This document shows, in pieces, positions 1-5,580 of a stretch of DNA of 13,197 nt (within the stretch, counting starts at the first letter, position 1; each line of letters opens with the position of its first letter). The position numbers and the translations under genes are program-made. The notes under the pieces were generated by a model. That model searched no databases, was not told where the DNA came from, and saw only the letters and a program-made list of their open reading frames with translations. The stretch covers positions 1-13,197 of the forward strand of contig CAZDTP010000021.1 in assembly GCA_964508365.1 (NCBI GenBank), given 5' to 3'. The stretch is from an uncultured archaeon. GTDB taxonomy: Archaea; Asgardarchaeota; Lokiarchaeia; Sigyniarchaeales; SOKP01.

Positions 1-1827
1 TTCGATTTCAGGAATGGAACTTGACGCATTATGAATATCACTTAATTTGTTTTCATTTTTTTCTGCAATTTCTGTAGCATCGTCAATTGAGTTCATAAAT
101 TGAAGCGTAAAATCCGCTATTGCATCTTTAATGTTTTGTGTTGTGTCTTTTGTTGTAGCGGTTAAACTCCCTTGGAGTGTTTTTGCATTGTCTTCGTATT
201 TTGATTTATGATCTATTAACATTTCACCCAAATTTCGATCCAAGTCAGCTGACTCATCACCCCACAGATTTATCTCTTCAGTTATTTTATCGGATATATC
301 TCTTTTCCCACCAATAAATTTATCGTCAAGATCTCTAATCCAGTCTTCTTTAATTTTTTTGATATCCGTATCATACTCACTATAATGTTTTAAGGAATAT
401 TCTTTGTGATTATTAATTGCCTCATCGTATTGGCGGTTATGAGTTTTTAGCGAATTCTCTAACGAGTCTTTCAGCTTTATCGTGGTATCAGAGCAATCTT
501 TTACTCCATTTTGTAAAGTACTATCTATTTCACCTGACATGTCGGTTGCTAGCGTTTCTAATTGCACATTTATTGTTTCTTGAGCTTTATGGTCAAGTTC
601 TGTGGTTTCTGTTACGACATTATCGTTCTCTTTTGTCATTAAATCATTTACTTCTGTTTTCAACAAATCTCTGGTCTCTCTTGTATTTTTTATGTAATCT
701 TCACTTGTTTTTGTAAAATCCGCTTTCATTGGTTCAGTATAGGTTAAAATGTTTTGAATTGTAGTTTCGTGTCGCGCTTTGTACTTTTTCTTCTTTCCCA
801 TCCAGAAAAACCCCTTTTTGCCCATTTCCTCTGTAAAATCTGTAAACCTATTGGCATGCTCAAGTAAGTTATCAATAAGCGTTAAATTCATGCTTTTAAA
901 ATCGTTGGTTTGATCTGTTAATATTCTGTATCTTTCATCGACTGTAGCTTTTAAGTTAGTTTGAAGCGTATCAGTCGTATTTTTAAGATGGTTTAAATGC
1001 TCTTTTAACAAGTTAGAAATCCTTTCTTTAAGATCAACTACAATTTTATCCATCCGTTCTAAATACTTTTCGAGTATTTGTTCCATTCTTGGTTTAAGAT
1101 CGTTTGCAATAGTCTGATGTCTATCGACATGATCATCTAAGTTACTTTTTAATTCTTTTTCTAAATCCTCAACTCTTTTGGTAAAATCAGATAAAAGTTC
1201 TGCAATCAAGCTAGTTAAATCATTTTTTGCTTTATTAACGGTAGATTCGTTTTCATTTACTCTAGTATCGCAAATATTTTTGTTATTAGAGTTTAGAGTT
1301 TCCATAATGGAATGTAGATTTTCTTCTAAAGTCTTTGAAGTGTCAGTAAAACGATTTCTCGAGCTATTTATCCTCTCTCTTTTATTGTTATTCTTAGTAT
1401 CCGAATCTCCAAAAAATTGACTAATTTGATCTTCTACCGCAGTTGCCACTTCGTTAATGCTTTTATCTTGAATCGCTTCTAATTTCTCAAATCGATTTGA
1501 TTGATCAGTTAATATAGAATCTTTAATCTTCCCAATCTCGTCCCGGAATATTTTTGACTCTCCTATGTAAAGTTCAAAGAAAGGTTCTAATGGAATGAAT
1601 CTGTCTACTATTCCTGTTACTTTTTTAAGAAAGCCTTTCTCTACTAACCAATTAGTAATATCCAAAACACCCTCGTATGTTATTTCCGGGTGTGCTTCTG
1701 CTAAGGACAAATATACTTCAGATGAAGTTGCTCTTGGAACTCTTAGATATACGATGTATACATTAATCTGTTCTTCAGTGAAACCATATCGAGTGAAAAT
1801 TTCTTTCGTGAATTCTTTTAAGCTCAT
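1..1827 (-). CDS. TrmB-like winged-helix protein with a very long coiled-coil region (partial; 3' end runs off the window start)
   Basis: Manual translation of the minus strand from ATG at 1827 gives 609 codons with no stop down to base 1 (MSLKEFTKEIFTRYGFTEEQINVYIVYLRVPRATSSEVYLSL...ASSSIPEIE). A GGAG lies 8 nt upstream of the ATG. Residues ~14-82 (GFTEEQINVY...WLVEKGFLKKVTGIVDRFIPLEP) follow the TrmB wHTH pattern. Residues ~90-600 are E/K/D/T/L-rich, nearly Pro-free and helical-looking. Confidence 0.9.
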   Translation of the reverse strand, partial: MSLKEFTKEIFTRYGFTEEQINVYIVYLRVPRATSSEVYLSLAEAHPEITYEGVLDITNWLVEKGFLKKVTGIVDRFIPLEPFFELYIGESKIFRDEIGKIKDSILTDQSNRFEKLEAIQDKSINEVATAVEDQISQFFGDSDTKNNNKRERINSSRNRFTDTSKTLEENLHSIMETLNSNNKNICDTRVNENESTVNKAKNDLTSLIAELLSDFTKRVEDLEKELKSNLDDHVDRHQTIANDLKPRMEQILEKYLERMDKIVVDLKERISNLLKEHLNHLKNTTDTLQTNLKATVDERYRILTDQTNDFKSMNLTLIDNLLEHANRFTDFTEEMGKKGFFWMGKKKKYKARHETTIQNILTYTEPMKADFTKTSEDYIKNTRETRDLLKTEVNDLMTKENDNVVTETTELDHKAQETINVQLETLATDMSGEIDSTLQNGVKDCSDTTIKLKDSLENSLKTHNRQYDEAINNHKEYSLKHYSEYDTDIKKIKEDWIRDLDDKFIGGKRDISDKITEEINLWGDESADLDRNLGEMLIDHKSKYEDNAKTLQGSLTATTKDTTQNIKDAIADFTLQFMNSIDDATEIAEKNENKLSDIHNASSSIPEIE

Positions 1828-1835
1828 AAGATTTT

Positions 1836-1839
1836 CTCC
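1836..1839 (-). promoter_or_regulatory. Ribosome-binding site for the 1827 ORF
   Basis: Minus strand reads TGGAGAAAATCTT-ATG. Confidence 0.6.
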
Positions 1840-2063
1840 ATTTTTAAATTTATAAAATTCAGATTCAAATATAATTAATTTGAATTCCTTTTCAATTTTT
1901 TTATAATTTTTTAAATATGTATAATAATATTTTCAAAATGATTATATTAAAACTTAAGGTTTAAGAAGCTTCATTTTTTGAGACTTTAATCTTATTCGTA
2001 AATAGAGATCAAATACTAATCATACATCCTTTATGAAAATTCATTGATTACTTCTAATAAAAT

Positions 2064-2210
2064 TTATATCACTTTCCTACCCCGAAAGATAATCCTTATT
2101 GATACTATTCCAATTAAAGCGATTATTGTTATCCCAAATATGACTACTATTTCAAAATTATTGGTTCCATTCTTGAATTCCACAATATATATTTCACCCA
2201 AATCTGTCAA
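2064..2210 (-). CDS. Possible 48-aa single-pass membrane microprotein, or remnant of a larger gene
   Basis: TTG-started frame (L/M)TDLGEIYIVEFKNGTNNFEIVVIFGITIIALIGIVSIRIIFRGRKVI* has a hydrophobic stretch followed by a basic tail. It is below the ORF track length cut-off and has no clear RBS. Confidence 0.35.
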   Translation of the reverse strand: MTDLGEIYIVEFKNGTNNFEIVVIFGITIIALIGIVSIRIIFRGRKVI

Positions 2211-2313
2211 TTATCAATCTTAATTTCTTCATTCAATGGGAGATTATTATTCCTCAATCCTTTTTATATCGCTTTTGTTTGTATTAATTAAAACAATTTA
2301 GTGATAAAAAAAA

Positions 2314-3006
2314 ATGAAAAAATTAAGTAAAATTCTCTTAGGAACATTTTTCCTAATGATAGTATTTTCAACCTTCATGTCATTCAATGTTGTCGCCGTT
2401 GGTAATCCTGATGTAACATTTGAAATTCCAGGTGACACATACCACAAACATATTAACGCTAGTGTTGCCACAATGTTTAGATTTAGACAAAGAACACAAT
2501 TGAGACTTAATGCAAGCGTAAATTTAGATGTAAACTTTGATTGTGATGCGTTAAGGATTGGTGATAAAGATTTTGCTCTTGAGGTTGAAGGCACTGGGGA
2601 TCTCACAATGAATATGACTTGTAGGGAAGAACAGGCAGAGTTAGGGTTAATGAAAGGAAATACTTATCAAATAAGAAATCGTAATCGCAATAATTACCAA
2701 TACCAAGAAGGATTTGTTCTCACATTAGAATGTAATGGAACCTTTACACGAGCAAGATTAAGTATAAGGGCTACTAACGAAAATCGAATAGGGCAATGGG
2801 CTTACTTTGATAACGCAACACAAGAATGGGTTAGCGTCGGTACAACTGAAAAAGATGGTTATTTAACTGCAGAGACAGCTCACTTTTCGACGTGGACAAT
2901 ACTTTTACCGGATTATACACTACTTATCATCGGGTTCAGCATTGGTGGTGGAATTGCTGCGTTAATAATAATCGGTTTAGTGTTCTACATAAAAAAGAGA
3001 AAATAA
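2314..3006 (+). CDS. Secreted, C-terminally membrane-anchored beta-rich surface protein with a GPS/ZU5-like HFS motif
   Basis: N-terminal signal-like segment (MKKLSKILLGTFFLMIVFSTFMSFNVVA). Five N-x-S/T sequons. W162...W172...H190-F191-S192, then a Gly-rich TM helix (~203-226) and a KKRK tail. Confidence 0.85.
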   Translation: MKKLSKILLGTFFLMIVFSTFMSFNVVAVGNPDVTFEIPGDTYHKHINASVATMFRFRQRTQLRLNASVNLDVNFDCDALRIGDKDFALEVEGTGDLTMNMTCREEQAELGLMKGNTYQIRNRNRNNYQYQEGFVLTLECNGTFTRARLSIRATNENRIGQWAYFDNATQEWVSVGTTEKDGYLTAETAHFSTWTILLPDYTLLIIGFSIGGGIAALIIIGLVFYIKKRK

Positions 3007-3024
3007 TCGATAAAGTTATTATAT

Positions 3025-3043
3025 AAAAAATAATTTTTTTTTT
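3025..3043 (+). terminator. Putative T-tract terminator after the 2314 gene
   Basis: AAAAAA-TAA-TTTTTTTTTT (A6, 3-nt spacer, T10) about 20 nt after the stop codon. Archaeal intrinsic terminators are oligo-T tracts. Confidence 0.45.
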
Positions 3044-3089
3044 AATTTTAAGTAAAAATTTTCTAACTATCAATAATTGGATTATCTAT

Positions 3090-4343
3090 ATGATTACAAT
3101 AAAATTGAAGAAGAGATCAAAATTATTCAGTATTTTTGTTCTATTATTAGTATTCATTAATTTTAATATTCTAATTTCTCAAGTTTTATCATACAGGACT
3201 GAAAATATTTCAGGATTTTATACTCATGATAACATCTACCCTAACGAGTCTGTGAAATATATCTTTTTTAACAACATAATTTTCGATATCTCCACCGATT
3301 CTTTTATCGATCTTAATATCCAATACGAAAATAATATTGAAAATCGTCAAGTATCTTTTCTTATCAACAATAGCAACCCTATTTCCCTCAATATAAGTTC
3401 TAAACTGTCAATGCAGAATTTCGGAATGCCTAAAACGCCTCAAGAACCGAAAAAAGGCGAAACTCAATTTCAGTATCGATATAATTGCATTCTACGAATT
3501 CAAACTAATACCACAATAGAATATCTGACAATATCCAGTATTAAAAAGTCGTCATATGGCTTAAATCCTAATTTAGAATATTCTTTAATGTTGTATGAAT
3601 CTTCACAAGACTCTTGGGAGCTTATTGATACTACCGAAATATTGAATGAATCTAATTCAGAATATACTTTAGCTGGTTCAGTCTCTAACCTACAAGCAGA
3701 TACAGAATATTTTATTACTTTCTACGAGGTCACCAAAATCTTTGACAATTGGTTTTTAGTGATTTTTTTAATTGTTGGTGCTTTAGGAATTGCTTCAATC
3801 GCGATTTTAATTTCAAAAAAAGATTATTTCCAATACCTAAAAACTAGAACCATTCCAATTGAAAAGGGTGCGCATCGTTTAAGCTTAGAAGACGTCTTAG
3901 AGAACGAGAATAGGAATAGAATTATTGACCTAATTCTTAAAGAACCTGGAATTCATTTTAATGAGTTACTAAGAAAAACTGAAATAGCTGCGGGTAATCT
4001 TGTCTGGCACCTCGATATTTTAGAAACTTACAAGGTAGTGGGTAAAAAAAGGATCGGAAATTTCATAGCATACTTTCCGTATTATCAAAAGAATCCTATT
4101 TCGAACCTCGATCTTCAATTGAGTAAGAGTAAGGTAACATTAGATATTCTCGAAATGATCGAGAAAGAGCCAGGTCTTTGGAACAGTGTAATTACAAAAC
4201 ATTTTAAGGTTGACCATAAAACAATTCAATATCATATTAATAAGTTAAAGGACCTAAATCTCATTCTATTCAGAAGCGAAGGTAGAAAGAAAAAAATCTT
4301 TCCCAATTTGGAATCAGATTATTTTAATAACAAGGATAAGTAG
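3090..4343 (+). CDS. Membrane-tethered transcription regulator: ectodomain + TM + tandem winged-helix (ArsR/COG3398-like)
   Basis: N-terminal hydrophobic segment (~12-34). Ectodomain with six N-x-S/T sequons. TM WFLVIFLIVGALGIASIAILIS (221-242). Two mutually similar wHTH repeats follow: NRNRIIDLILKEPGIHFNELLRKTEIAAGNLVWHLDILE and VTLDILEMIEKEPGLWNSVITKHFKVDHKTIQYHINKLK. Confidence 0.85.
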   Translation: MITIKLKKRSKLFSIFVLLLVFINFNILISQVLSYRTENISGFYTHDNIYPNESVKYIFFNNIIFDISTDSFIDLNIQYENNIENRQVSFLINNSNPISLNISSKLSMQNFGMPKTPQEPKKGETQFQYRYNCILRIQTNTTIEYLTISSIKKSSYGLNPNLEYSLMLYESSQDSWELIDTTEILNESNSEYTLAGSVSNLQADTEYFITFYEVTKIFDNWFLVIFLIVGALGIASIAILISKKDYFQYLKTRTIPIEKGAHRLSLEDVLENENRNRIIDLILKEPGIHFNELLRKTEIAAGNLVWHLDILETYKVVGKKRIGNFIAYFPYYQKNPISNLDLQLSKSKVTLDILEMIEKEPGLWNSVITKHFKVDHKTIQYHINKLKDLNLILFRSEGRKKKIFPNLESDYFNNKDK

Positions 4344-4450
4344 AGATTCTTGTAAGGGATAAGACAAATAGGGGTATGATTTTTTTAGTAATATAGTTAA
4401 ACATTGTGAGATTTGATTTTATATTATATCAAAGTTTGTGATGTGGTGTT

Positions 4451-5569
4451 TTGAGCTCAATATCTAACAAAGAATTTTATCTTCGGATTGAAAAAACTCA
4501 AAAATTATTACAGGATCGATCGATCCAAGCACTTTTTTGCACATTAGGAACAAATTTTCAGTATTTACTTAACGCAAAAATCGATTCATTTGAAAGGTTA
4601 GTTTTAGCGATTATTAATTCAACCGGATCTCCGCATCTTATATGTCCTGCTTTCGAATTACACAATTATATCGAGAATACACCATTATCTCAAGACGATA
4701 TTAGCATTTGGGAAGAAATTGAAGATCCATTCTTACTAGTTAAAAAAATATGCGTAGATTTTGGAATTCAGGATACCAATATTGCGATTTCTCCTCAAAC
4801 ACCCTTCACTGTTTTTTCGAAGATTAAATCTGTTCTTCCTCTTGCTACATTTGTAGATGCTCTCCCGATAATGGAAGTAGCGCGTATCGTAAAAACTGAT
4901 CAAGAAATCGAATTTATAAAAAAAGCTAGTCATTTTTCTGCAAGAGGTATTGAAGCAACGATTGATCAGCTCACAATTGGTATTACTGAAAAAGAAGCTT
5001 CAGCTCTAGTTGAAAAGGAGATGAGATCTTTATCAGGAGAGTCATCATTATTTGCCTTAGTTCAGTTTGGAGCGAATTCTTCAAACCCTCATGGTTCTCC
5101 ATCAGAAAAGAAATTAAAAAGAGATGAGGTAGTCTTGATTGATGCTGGTACCTCATACGAGGGATATATCGGTGATATCACCAACACTACGGTATTTGGA
5201 CAACCAAGTGAAAAATTTTTGGAAATATACAATATAGTAGAGGAAGCTAATCATCGAGCGGTTGATGCTGGAAAGGTTGGAAATTTGCCTTCTGATGTTG
5301 ATGGTGTAGCCCGTAATTATATAAAAGAAAAAGGATTTGGGCAATTCTTTACCCACCGAACAGGTCACGGCATCGGCTTAGACGTTCATGAAGCCCCTTA
5401 CATAATACAAACAAATACGATTCCTTTAGAATTAAATAACACATACACGATTGAACCTGGCATTTATTTACCCGGCAAATTTGGAGTTCGTATTGAGGAT
5501 GATGTCGTCGCTAAAAATGAACGGGGACAAAGACTATCTTCTCCGATTCGGCATTACTGGGAGAAATAA
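4451..5569 (+). CDS. pepQ: Xaa-Pro dipeptidase/aminopeptidase P family (M24B, creatinase-like N-terminal domain)
   Basis: All five M24 metal-ligand motifs are intact: LIDAG (D), GDITNT (D), HRTGHGIGLDVHEAP (H), TIEPGIY (E), GVRIEDD (E). TTG start preceded by GTGGTG. Confidence 0.9.
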   Translation: MSSISNKEFYLRIEKTQKLLQDRSIQALFCTLGTNFQYLLNAKIDSFERLVLAIINSTGSPHLICPAFELHNYIENTPLSQDDISIWEEIEDPFLLVKKICVDFGIQDTNIAISPQTPFTVFSKIKSVLPLATFVDALPIMEVARIVKTDQEIEFIKKASHFSARGIEATIDQLTIGITEKEASALVEKEMRSLSGESSLFALVQFGANSSNPHGSPSEKKLKRDEVVLIDAGTSYEGYIGDITNTTVFGQPSEKFLEIYNIVEEANHRAVDAGKVGNLPSDVDGVARNYIKEKGFGQFFTHRTGHGIGLDVHEAPYIIQTNTIPLELNNTYTIEPGIYLPGKFGVRIEDDVVAKNERGQRLSSPIRHYWEK

Positions 5570-5580
5570 AGAACTCCTTA

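Noticed and set aside
796-804. WMG as a WXG100/type VII secretion signature
   Set aside because: Only a tripeptide match. The protein is >600 aa with a wHTH, and no secretion genes are visible nearby.
1-1827. SMC/Rad50 'chromosome partition protein' label for the coiled-coil ORF
   Set aside because: No Walker A motif at the N-terminus (a wHTH instead) and no globular hinge domain at the midpoint.
417-1855. Plus-strand ORFs 417-716, 1178-1420 and 1595-1855
   Set aside because: Antisense shadows of the long minus-strand ORF, with no recognisable motifs.
2067-2306. TATCAC (2067) and GTGATA (2301) as a Thermococcales TrmB-family TGM operator
   Set aside because: The TGM needs a 5-nt spacer, and these half-sites are ~230 nt apart.
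1828-2313. tRNA, ncRNA, CRISPR or IS ends in the larger intergenic gaps (also 11316-11592)
   Set aside because: No cloverleaf or T-loop motif, no regularly spaced repeats, no transposase or terminal inverted repeats; the gaps are very AT-rich promoter-like DNA.
2671-2706. Low-complexity RNRNRNNYQYQ stretch as a tandem repeat
   Set aside because: The codons differ between units, so there is no DNA-level repeat; it aligns with a loop of the paralogous ectodomain.
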